From: Phoronis australis
Taxonomy: Eukaryota > Animalia > Phoronida
Reading direction: 5' to 3'
NCBI GenBank assembly: GCA_002633005.1
Contig: NMRA01000258.1
Location: 549,709 to 590,589, forward strand
DNA length: 40,881 bases
Positions 11,866-23,885 of this stretch are shown here, one piece after another. The notes below the pieces were generated by a model. The model saw only the letters and a program-made list of their open reading frames with translations. It had not been told where the DNA came from and did not search any database. The position numbers and the translations under genes were made by a program. The number at the start of each line of letters is the position of its first letter. The stretch's first letter is position 1.

Positions 11866-14800
11866 TTCATAACATATCATCAATGTAGTTCACTTATTCT
11901 TAGTGTTTTATAGGTCTTTTATATTGATATTGAGTTAATGACAGTACAGACTCATTTAGTTCTTTCATTTCATGCGAGTATATCAATCAAGGCACTCTTT
12001 AGTTCATTCCATGATACACTACTCCATTCTGATAAGCGAAGGTGTCACCCATTTTGTTGTTTCAGCGTGTTATACAATGGTGTTTGGCCCAATTCAATGA
12101 AGAAACACAAGTCGCTTTCCTCACATTTTGCAGACACAACACTAATTGTTCAGTGATAGCATGGAATTCCATAATTTTACAATTTGTGAAAAAGGAAATA
12201 CCACTAGATGCAGCACAAAAATCGTAAAACCAGCCAAACGCTAACAGAACATTGTTGCTCAATGATGAACATTGAAAAAGAAAAAATGCTGCATTGCCCT
12301 TATGCCTCAGGATGGTGAATGAATTTCAGTTTTAGCCAGAGTAAAGAAGGCTAAGGTTTTAGTAACCACGTTTGATCAACATGTTCACTCGGGCTGAATT
12401 TATATACAGCCAGCTATTCAATTTGTTGTCCCCTGTTCATTCACCATCCCTAACTTCCCTTTTCACTTGTTAAACAAATTGTCATATCTCTGTTTATTTT
12501 TGTTAAAAATTCTACCGGTGTTTATTCATTAGTTCTCATGAGCTCGTTGATTCCAGAAATTTTCAGAATTCAATAATTTTAATGCATTTGATGGATTACA
12601 TTACAGGTTTGAAAAACAACACTGTAGCACTCTGATAACTGTCACATCAATTCATAATACTTCAGGGGCCCATTGGTTTATAGGCTCATTTATTTTTAGT
12701 GTTTTGCTTCTTTGCAATCAGCGCCTTTGTTTATTTTGCAGGCTCTGTCATCACCGGTTTTGTTATTTATTTTTTATTTTTTTATTTGTTATTTCATCAT
12801 ATATTATTAGACCTTCCTTTAATTTGCTGTTGCATGAATCCATTGCTTTTCACAGAACCAATTATTTTTCACCTTTACATGGTTTGTTAATTCACCACAT
12901 TTCATGACTCCAGTTATAACAATTTCAACTTCCAATTACATCAATAAATTAATATATTCCCTTGAAGTTGCATTCTGCACATGGATTAATAGATTATTGC
13001 TGATAGATTTATTCTTTTAACATATTTTGAAGATTCATTAATTCAAACAAATTTTGAAATTTCATTGAATGGCCACTGATTTTCTTTATCAATGACGGAA
13101 TACAAATTACGAATTTTTTAATTGGCCAACTTCCAGGAGTTAATTTCTTTTTTACATTTTACAGCTTATGTATTTCTCTGTTTATTTCATAATACATTCA
13201 ATTGCACAGGACTCCATTCAAATATTTCAACATTATTTGGGGGTAGTAGTACCACGTTTGGTAATTAAGTCATATTTCATGGATACGGTGTTTTTGTATT
13301 TGATAGCTTCACATATTTTTCACCTTTTGGTCCCTTAGACTCCATGGAAATATTTACGAGTTTGGGGGCTTATTAATTCATAAGACATTACTGAACCATT
13401 AATTTATTCTGTTCATCACATTTCACGACTCCAAGTCATAACATTTGCGGTTTCCAATTACATTATATAAACATTCCTTTGATAGCTGTGTTTTACACAG
13501 GGATTAATTTATTGCTGTATTTGAAGAATCATTAATTCATTGAATTTCACAATTTCATCTATTTGTTGTTCTTCAAAACCAAATTTATGTGATGCATCTC
13601 ATGGGTTTTTTAACCACTTCATTGCATGAAAGATAATCAATCCATCAAACTTCGAGAATTCAATTAGTGCTAGTATTTTACCGGTTTTTTATTTTGAACT
13701 TCATTGAATGACATTCCAAAGACTCATTCCATTGTCCCATTTTTCAGGACTCCACTAATTCCATGCACTTATTTGTTCAATTTTTGATAAATTACTCGTC
13801 CATTCTATTTTCACTGCAATCTGTGCGGGTATTAAAATCACCATTATAAGCAGTGGGGTACACAAATCAAGTCACCCAATTTGTTGCTCGATCAATGCTG
13901 TTTGTCACAATTCAACAAAAAACAAGTTGCTTTCCTCACATATTGGAGACTTAATGTTAATTGTCAGTGATAACAGTGAATTTCATAATTTTAGAATTTG
14001 TGAAAAAGGAACCACCACTTGTTGCAGCACAAATTAATTGTAAAGCCAAGTAAATTCTAACAGGTCACTTCTCCCTGTAGTGAATGCTGCATTGCCCTTT
14101 GCCTCAGGATGGTGAATGAACTTTAGATTTAGCAAGAGCTGGGTACAAGTTACTTTTAAGAATACAATAGTTGTAAAGAAATCTCATAGTTTTGATAGCA
14201 CCCCTACCTTCCTTTTCTCTTGTTTAGCAAATCTTTACATCTCTGTTTATTTAATACATTTTTCATTTCAATTTTCAAACCCTTTGTACATTTCCTTTCT
14301 GGTTAACATACTCCAGCTCTATTAATGCATAACTGTTTATGAATTTGTTAATTCCAGAATTCAATATCTACTTGCAGCTGATGGGTACAGTCAGTTTTCC
14401 CTGATGTTATATTCATTAACCTTTGCGTATGTGGGACACGATTGACTAGCAGCACTGAAGGACTTTGATTACCCTGACAAAAACTCATGATACTTCATAA
14501 GGCCTATGGTTTTTGCATTTTACAGTTAACTTCTTTGTAGCATTTCATTGTTGATGTGTGATAACTTGGAGATACATCATTTCTCCAAATATTATTGCTA
14601 TATGGGACTCCATTAATTTGATGCACTATTTCTTCCAATATATGATGCATTTTATCATTCAAATTTCCAGTCATTCTGATAACCAATGGTGTACACAAGT
14701 CAAGTCACCCATTTGAGATGCTCAAGCTACATATCTTCGGCTACATTTAGCCTTTTTAATGGGCTTATTCAATTTTCAGAATTTACACATGATCTCCATT

Positions 14801-17800
14801 TACCTTTGGTATTTGTGATGTTTCTTGAAGAGTACCACACTGGGACTTTGTTAACCCCACATACTGCTTTTCTATTAACTCGTATTTCATGGGTCCATTG
14901 TTTACTGCAATATTTAGGTTCACTAATATTTACCAATTTCTTTCCTCGCAATGTATACGTTCTGTCATTATGCTACAGCAGCTTGTTGATTGCGACATGT
15001 TTAAGCGATTTTTAATTTTGGGAACATTGTTGTACCATTAATGTTCTCTTCCAGGAATCCTGAATTCCTTGGTTTGCTTAAAGCACTTATTCATCATTTT
15101 AATGGTTTCAATTCATCGCATTTCATGGCTCCAGGTATAACATTCTCAGCTTTCACTTTCATCATTATAAAAATCCTTTGATATGCACATTTTACACAGG
15201 GATCAATTTGTCCCTGCACTTGAAGATTCATTAATTCATTGAATTTCACAATTTCATCTATTTGTCGTACTTTAAAGTCAAATTGATGTGATGCATTTCA
15301 TGAGTTTTCTAACCACTTCATTGCATGAAAGATCCTCAATCCATCAAACATCGAGAATTCACTTATTGTTAGTATTTTACCGGTCTTTTATTTTGATGTT
15401 CCTTGAATGACATTCTACAGACTCATTATATTGTCCCATTTTTCAGGACTCCACTAATTCCATGTACTTATTTGTTCAATTTGTGATAAATTACTCTATT
15501 CTAATTTCACTGCAATCTTTGGGGGTATTAAAATCACTCTTATAAGCAGTTCGGTAAACAAATCAAGTCACCCATTTTGTTGTTCAATCAATGGTGTTAG
15601 GCACAATTCAACAAAAACAAGTTGTTTTCCTCACATATTGGAGACACAACGTTAATTGTCAGTGACAACAATGAATTCCATAATTTTAAAATTTGTGAAA
15701 AAGGAACCACCACTTGGTGCAGCATAAATTAATTGTAAACCCAAGAAAATTCTAGCAGGTCACTTCTCCATGTAGTGAATGATAAGAATTAAAAAAGAAA
15801 AAATGCTGCATTGCCCTTTGCCTCAGGATGGTGAATGAACTTTAGATTTAGCAAAAGCTGGGTACAAGTTACTTTTAAGAATACAATAGTTGTTAAGAAA
15901 TCTTATAGTTTTGATAGCCATGTTTGATAAACATGTTCCCTTTGGCTCAATTCAAAGTCAGCCACCTATAGAATTTGTTGTCTCCTGCTCATTCACCACC
16001 CCTACCTTCCTTTTTCACTTGTTTAGCAAATCTTTACATCTCTGTTTATTTAATACATTTTTCATTTCAATTTTCTAACCCTTTGTACATTTCCTTTCTG
16101 GTTAACATGTTCCAGCTCTATTAATACATAACTTTTCATGATTTTGTGCACTCCAGAATTCAACATCTTCTTGCATTTGATGGGTACAGTCAGTTTTCCC
16201 TGATATTATTTCCATTAACCTTTTGCATATACGGGACACGATTGACTAGCAGCACTGTAGGACTCTGATTACCCTGACATTAACTCATGATACTTCATAG
16301 GGTCTTTGGTTTTTGCATTTTAAGGGTCAACTGATTTATAGCATTTTATTGTTGATTTCTGATATTTTGGAGATAACACCATTTCTGCATATATTGCGAT
16401 ACTTCATGGGACTCCACTAATTTGATGCACTATTGCTTCAATATATGATGCATTTTACCATTCAAATTTCCATACATTCTGATAAGCAATGGTGTACACA
16501 AGTTAAGTCACCCCTTTGATATGCTCAAGTTGCATATCTTTGGCTACATTTAGCCTTTTTAATGGACTCATTCACATTTCAGAATTTACACATGATCTCC
16601 ATTTACTTTTGGTATTTGTGATGTTTCTTGAACGAGTACCACACTGGGACTTTGTTAACCTCACATACTGCTTTTCTATTAACTCGTATTTCATGGGTAC
16701 ATTGTTTACTGCAATATTTATGTTCACCTGTTATTTACCAATTTGCTTCCTCGCAATGTATACTTTCTGTCATTATGCTACACCAGCTTGTTGATTGCGA
16801 TATGTTTAGGCGATTTTTAATTCGGGAAACATTGTTGTACCATTGTTCTCTTCAACGAATCCTGAATTCCTTGGTTTGCTTAAAGCAATTATTCTTCATT
16901 TTAATGGTTTCAATTCATCGCATTTCATGGCTCCAGCTATAACATTCTCATCTTCCAATTCCATCATTATATAAATCCTTTGATAGGTACATTTAACACA
17001 GGGATCAATTTCTTACTGCACTTGAAAACTCACTATTTCATGGAATTTCAGTTTCATTCACTTGTCGTACTTCAAGACTCCATTCATTCACTGCATTTCA
17101 TGGTTACTTTACCACTTGAAATCAATGCTTCTTTATCGATCAGATGCATATTCATTAACATTTTTTGAGTTGACTTATGTTTAGTATTTTATAGGTCATT
17201 TATTCTTCTGCTCATTTGATGACATTCTACGGATTCATTCAATTATTCCATTTGACGTGACTCCATTAACTTGGTGCAGTTCGTAATGCATTATTTCGCT
17301 CAAAATTCTCTACATTCTTTGGACGTATTAAGATCACTCTGACAAGTAGTACTCAAGTCCCTATTTTGATGCACCAGCTTGTTATACAATTTTTCTGGCA
17401 CAATTCAACCAAGAAGCACAAGCTGCTTATCTCACATGCAACACACAATATTACTTGTCAGTGGCAACAATGAATTCTGTAATTTGACAGAATCTGAAGA
17501 AAAGAGCCTCCATTTGATGTAGCAAAAATAACTGTAAACTCTACTTGTCTCACCAAATTACCACAACTGAATGATGGTTATTGATTTAATACTGCATATA
17601 TATTTGTTAATTCGGCTCATTTTGGAGATTCATGAATCCATGAAATTTTAGTTTTATTTACTCGTTGCACATACATATCACTTCTGAACACCGATCCTGG
17701 ACTCCTCTGATGCGTTCATGTCTCGTTTATTACATGTGTGGTTGTTATTAGGCATCTATGTAATAGCGGGCACAGTGCAGAAGGTTGCAAATCTCCACGT

Positions 17801-19998
17801 TGGATGATCCTTGTTGGTTGGACAGCCGATGCGTAAACAATCGATGGTTAGGCAACAATTTGGAAGTGGATTTGTAGATACAAAAAGGCAATCCACCTTG
17901 TCGTTTAGTATGGACCTACATGTGTGAGTGGTAAACATACATACGATTGATAGCATGCATCAATGTACAGCATTGGGTGGATGGGAGATGCTGTTGATGC
18001 TTGCTCCTTCAAGTGACATTCCTCAATTCAAATTGCCAATGCAACACTATGAGATGGAGACAACCAATGTTCAGAGACAAGATAGCAATCCTTGAAGCAT
18101 GCAGTGGTTGATATCCACCAGCCAGCGTTTATTAGCAAACATTTAGGAAGTGGGAGGCAGATATTTATCCTTAAATTGCGTGGTTGATCTTCAATGTAAG
18201 GCAGTTGATGACTGGCATCAAATTTTCTTTCATTGCTCTAAACGGCTTCATTTAGTCACAACAGTTTAAGGATTCATCAGTTTTGTTTAAGCTAGGCCAC
18301 CACAGGTTTCTTTGTGTCGCCTTTCACCAATTGATATTTCGTTCATTCATAAAATCTCAAATTCTGTGGATTCAGTTAGTTCTTCCATTTTATTCGTCAC
18401 ACTCAACCAGTTTGTTTAGATGTAATATTTTAAGGGTTCATGCTTTTTTCAATTGGTTTATACCAGCATGCACATGTCTTTATGTGTTACCCTCTTATTT
18501 TTCAAATTTATTTTGCTTCATCACTCCCTATAGGCGATATAGACGTGATATTTCACGCATTCATTAAAGTTTCTGATTACATTAGTCCATGAATTTTATT
18601 CATTTCATAGTATCATTTGAATTATACCATTTGGCAGGGTTTTTTGTCCAAAACTCACGTTTAATTGGTTCATTTATTTTCATGTGTTTTCGGTTCATTT
18701 ATGTTTCGTATTTATCTTTGTCACTCAACGGTTTCACTTAGTTATAGCATTTCACAGCTTCCTCACTTTCATACCATTGCACCATTAATTTGTCACATGT
18801 TACAAATTCATTAACCAATGAAAGAATTGCCAGTTAGCATGTCTGAATTTAATGCCCCAGTAATTCTTCAGATTAGGAGCAATGACGACAATCTCTACTC
18901 GAATAATATCCTCTGTGAATAAAACTCAACATTGGGGAAGACTACTCGTTTCACTTAAAACTCATATTTCTGTACCCTTATCACTCATAATAAATTACCT
19001 TTGTTTCTCTTATATACCTGTCCTTTTTATCTGTGGAAATGGAGCTTGGGACGCACCTTTTTATCTCTGGAGACGGAGCTTGGGATGCACCTTTTTATCT
19101 CTGGAAACGGAGCTCTGGGACGCACCTATCATTTTTGGATTATACTTCGAATATAAATGGTATTTCACTCATTAAATATACTTATGTGAGAATACGGACT
19201 CGTCTTGCTTATACCACCATTTTTTCTTCATTCGGACACATCCACTAATCCTTTGAATAGAGTTGCACACGACGCACTAGGACACTTTATTACCAGTCTC
19301 ACTATTGGTTCGTTTCTGTCATTTGCGGTTGTCAGTTGCTCCTGGCTCCTATTGACTGATGATTATCACGTGTCTCAGGCTTAACCTTTGTTCTCAGTAA
19401 TCATGTTTCCTGTCATTCTGGCTTTAGCAGCTCTTACGTTTGAGTAAAATATTTCTTCATTTTTCCCCACTCACTACCACGCTCCTTTTCTGGTGGTTCC
19501 TCTTACCTGAGTGCTACGCTTTTCATTGCTTATCTTTCCAGAGATTATTATTTTATGTTTAATTACTACTTAACACTATATTTCTGTATCGTTATCACGC
19601 ATAATAAATGACCTTTGTTTCTCCTATACACCTTTCCTTCTTCGGAAACGGAGCTTGCGACACACCTATCAGTTTCGGGACATGCTTCGTACATGAAAAT
19701 CATTATGCACACACTTACATTTTCCGTCGCCGTCCTCAGCACATGGTCACACTCATCCTAAACACGCCCATGCACACTCATATTACCTTGCCCATCGATC
19801 CATGTCAATCATAGCCACTGATGCTGGACGTCAGGTTGTTGATGGTAGGTAGAGCCATCTGCAATCTCATTTTCCACTAGAGTGAATGGCTGAAACTAGG
19901 GATTGGTATCCCTGAACACCTTTTTATACAACAATGACATGTAATAAATAAATTTAGCTCACGGTCTTTAAACTCACTAACACATCAGTATACACGTA
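11848..19998 (-). repeat. Right arm of giant inverted repeat (~8.1 kb, with an extra ~1.7 kb tandem module)
   Basis: Reverse complement of 3716-10617. Segments ~13520-15220 and ~15225-17020 both match left-arm ~6830-8620. Confidence 0.97.
18960..19697 (-). repeat. Inverted copy of the ~550 bp unit with a local 34-bp triplication (19022-19126)
   Basis: Reverse complement of 4016-4710. cctttttatctctggaaacggagcttgggacgca recurs at 19022, 19056 and 19090. Confidence 0.9.
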
Positions 19999-20374
19999 GG
20001 TGCATGTCTGCATCTGGCAATCACCTATTAACTACAAGTTACATTACCTATGAGGCTGACTTGCAAGTTAAGTCATGCATTGACGCCTAAACAGAATTTT
20101 TGAGAAATCTGAGATGGATTAAATTTCCTTCTGCCAGTTCCCACATCATTTTTTTCACTCAACCATAGTGCACAACCATCAATGCACAAACAGTGATGCG
20201 GATATTTCTTGATACATGGACGTTAAACATGTGAGCAGATCACGACATATACAGCAGAAGTACTGAGACTGAATCAGCAGGAAGACCTGATCACTTAGAG
20301 CTAATTTGGCCATCTTATTGGTGAATTCTCGATCAATTCATCTGATCTCTTTGCTGTGCATTATGCAATCCCTA

Positions 20375-21905
20375 AATCAACTATGCAGGCACCAAAGAAT
20401 GTCCATACATCAAAGCCTTCCATCTAATCTCCAAATAAAGACTGTTCGCACATCGACACCTGATATCAACTGTTCAAATGTCAACCATTCACACATCGAG
20501 GAACATCCATGCATTGAGGTTCACCATCTAACACCTACATACCGATCGTTCACGTATCAAGGAGCATCCAGGTATCGAGGATTGTCATCTTTTGTCCACA
20601 AACCAACTGTTTGCGCATCAATGGCTGCCACCAACTGTTCGCATACCAATCTTCCAAACACCAAGAAGCATCCTAGCATCAAGGATTGTCACCTGCTGTA
20701 TGCATGTCACCCGTCCACACATAGTGGAACATCCCACATCCAAGATTACCATCAAATGTTCGCATATCGACAGCCCACACACCGTGGAACGTCCATTCAT
20801 TCAAGGATTGGCGACTACTATCCATATGTCAACCTTCCCCATATCGAGAAATGTCAATGCATCGAGGATCGACATCTTCCGTACACATATCAACCACCCT
20901 CACATCAAGAAACGTCCACTCATCAAGGTCCACCATCTACCGCTACAAACCAACTGTTCGCACAACAGTATCTACCATCGGCCATCCGCATAGCAATCTT
21001 CCACACACCATGGAACATTCACACAACTAGAATCGTCAACTACCATTCACCTACCGATCATGTGTCCACGGATGCCTGCCATCCACCGTATGCATATTGA
21101 GTGTCCCCCCACCGGGACAGTCATTATGCATACAGTCCATTGACCATATGCATATTGACTATCCCGGTGGGGGGATAGTCAAGATGCATACGATCAAGGG
21201 CAAGCATCAACGGAAACATGGTCAGCGGGAGGATGGGAGATGAAGATCCCAGATGTGTGAACATTCCATGATGTGAAGAAGATCGAAATGCTAATGGCTG
21301 ATGGCAGACATTGTTGCGTGAATAGATGGTTTGTGGACAGTCGAAGGTCATCCTCAATGAGTGGACGTTTCTCTATGTGTAGATGGTTGACATGTGTACA
21401 GAAGATGATGATCCTCGATACATGGACATTTCTCGATATGTGGATCGTCGACATATAGACAGTAGAGGGCAATCCTCAAATGTATGGAAGTTCCACAATG
21501 AGTGGGTAGCCGATACGCGAACAGTCGATGGTAATCCTGGATATGTGGACATTCCTCTATGTATGGATGGTTGACATGCAAACGGCAGATGACAATCCTT
21601 GATGTGGGAATGCAACTCAATGTGTGGACGATCGATATGTGAACAGCCGATGGAAGACATTGATGCGTGAACAGTCAGCTTGTGAACAGAAGATGCCAAT
21701 CTTCGATATCTGGATGCTCCTGTGATACGTGAATGTTCGATATGCAGACAGTAGATGGCGATCTTCAATGTTTGGACATTCCTCGGAAAGTGGATGGTTG
21801 ATATACGAACAGTTGACCCAAGGCACCAACACACGGACAGTCGATATTTAGAAATTAGACGGCCCTCTTCAATGTCTGGACATTCGCTGGTACGTGGATA
21901 GTTGA
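20375..21905. repeat. ~1.5 kb diverged palindrome made of ~60-bp tandem units, axis ~21140
   Basis: 20375-21132 matches the reverse complement of 21147-21905 at roughly 70-80%. Units such as tgttcgcatatcaaccatccacacatcgaggaacgtccatgcatcaaggattgccatct recur about every 60 bp. Confidence 0.9.
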
Positions 21906-22116
21906 TATGCGGACAGCACAGTACACACCACAGTGATCAACCAGAACGACCTGGAATTCCCCGACATGATGACAAAATTAGCGGTTATGACCTTGAATTC
22001 CTTGCCCATCTGCCAAACTACTTCGGGTGTGTTCATGAACTGCAAAATGGATTTAAATGAAATAGCAAGTTACCGAAAAGTGAACAAAATGTGTATGTTT
22101 TGAAAACTAATTTTTT

Positions 22117-22250
22117 TGTACTGTGCACAGTTGACGGCGGGCAGGTGGCATTCCTTGATGTACTTGAGATTCGAGTAGTTGATGACAGCAAGAGTAGATG
22201 CCACGACGTTCATTAATGCATGCAGTATGTTGGCTGATGGTCGATGACAG
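22117..22250 (-). repeat. Outer diverged inverted-repeat arm (pairs with 3364-3497)
   Basis: Ungapped reverse-complement match to 3364-3497, ~80% by eye. Confidence 0.85.
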
Positions 22251-22382
22251 TATTGCATCCCATCCTAAGAACTTCTCTCTATTCCTGAAATAGAAATGTA
22301 TACCTTAAAGTCATGCCTTAAGTCAGCAATTAAGCAATTTTGGTCAAAGTCTTAATTTTCAAAAAGCCAATGCTCTCAGCCA

Positions 22383-23072
22383 ACAACTGTTACATTTTAT
22401 GTCATTGTTGCATTTTACCTTGGTAGGCCTCTCCTAAAATAAGCATTTTATGTAATTGTTACAGTTTACATGAATGCACATGTGAGAAATGTACCATTGT
22501 TACATTTATATAAGCGCAGTCATGCATTTCATGAGTTTTCTTGGTATTTACCACACGGAGGAAAATGGTTCACACACTTAACGGGCTCTTTCATGGATTG
22601 TTTGAATGAAATTCTGTCAAATAGGCCAGCTCGAATTTATACATGAGCACCTATGTGCCGGGTTTCCATTGTTTTTTAACAGATTCTTAGTAGAGTCAAA
22701 ACTGTACCCCATTCAGTTTCAACTCCTGACGACAGGAGTTTTCAAGGTTAGGTAACAATTATTGTGTTCATGCAATCTTTTGTTGGCCTTCACATGTAAT
22801 AAATTTTGGCTAATGCTTATCGCATTTCTTTGTCAAAAATGACCGCAGCCCGTTCCACGTAAAATTGTTGCGAGTACCCCGGCCGTGTTAGACACCACTT
22901 ATTTTGATTTTGGTCATTTACTTTGATACGATTTTGGTTTCGTAAAGTGTAATAATTACATGTTTCTTTTATGTACATTGCACATAAACTGTAATAATTA
23001 CATAAAATGTAACAACTTTAGGAGAGACCTAGCAATGTAAAATGTTGCAGTTTCGTCAAATGCAACAGTTGT
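22383..23072. mobile_element. Degenerate foldback/MITE-like element with ~125-bp inverted arms
   Basis: 22383-22507 (acaactgttacatttt...taggcctctcctaaa...cattttatgtaattgttacagttta) matches the reverse complement of ~22946-23072 (taaactgtaataattacataaaatg...tttaggagagaccta...aacagttgt). No TSD found. Confidence 0.6.
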
Positions 23073-23159
23073 AACATTTTAAGAAATTGTTACATAATAC
23101 ATCAGAGCCCCATACATCAGTGGTAAAAAATTTCTAATTTGGGAAAGTGTCTTGGAATT

Positions 23160-23885
23160 TCAGGCAATGATATGTACAGCCACTTATTTGTTTAATTTCA
23201 TAAACATCCATCAAGAACTTGGTAGTGAAATAAATTTCTAATTCATTTTAAAGGTGTTATGAATAGAGGTTCTACTTCCAGTTTTCTACAGTATACATGC
23301 TTTTTGGCTGCAAAGAATGATAAGATTCAACAGTTCGTTCACTTGCTTTGACAGTTTTACCAAATATATAAGTTTGAAAATCTTAAGATATATGCACATT
23401 TTTGCATTAATGTAATATTCATTTATTGTTTCCCAAAAAGACTGAACAAAAGTGCAATCCCAAAATAAATGTTCCAAATTTCCAGTTTCATTCCTGTAAA
23501 AGGAACATCGGTCACTTGGAGAAGTACCAATTACCGTGAAAAAGTTATTAGTTACTAAAATTCTGTTTGCAACTCGTTTAACTTTGCGAAAGTCTGGCAG
23601 GCAATGCCATGTTGCATGACGCAAACTTGTGAGTTTTCGTCTAACATTTTTATCCTTTCACAAAAAATATCTCCGAACTCAAACATCTTAAGAACATTAA
23701 ACACAAAATTCCAGGACAATGTATCAAATGCTTTGCCAAAATCCACTATTGTTCCAAGACCCAAAAGTTCTCTTGAGTACGTAATATACAAAATGTCATA
23801 AAGAGTTCAGACAAATGTTTTCACCAATAAATTGACCAGATAAAAGTCCTGTCTGATCTGGGTGAATCAATTTTTCAAGAACTGT
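23160..23885 (-). pseudogene. Decayed, internally deleted 3' part of an L1/Tx1-type LINE ORF2
   Basis: Three frames give early RT motifs VLEKLIHPDQTGLLSGQFIGENI and DFGKAFDTLSWNFVFNVLKMFEFG. These are followed directly by the C-terminal zinc-finger region RILVTN...DRCSFYRNETGNLEHLFWDCTFVQSFW, so the YADD core is missing. Confidence 0.85.

Noticed and set aside
3716-19998. Palindrome as a single-read fold-back chimera
   Set aside because: The arms differ by many substitutions, indels and a 1.7 kb duplication, which a read chimera would not produce. A haplotype mis-join remains possible and is listed as a test.
20306-21834. His/Pro/Thr-rich ORFs (264 aa and others)
   Set aside because: They derive from the ~60-bp tandem units, the frames are not preserved between the mirrored arms, and no domain is recognisable.
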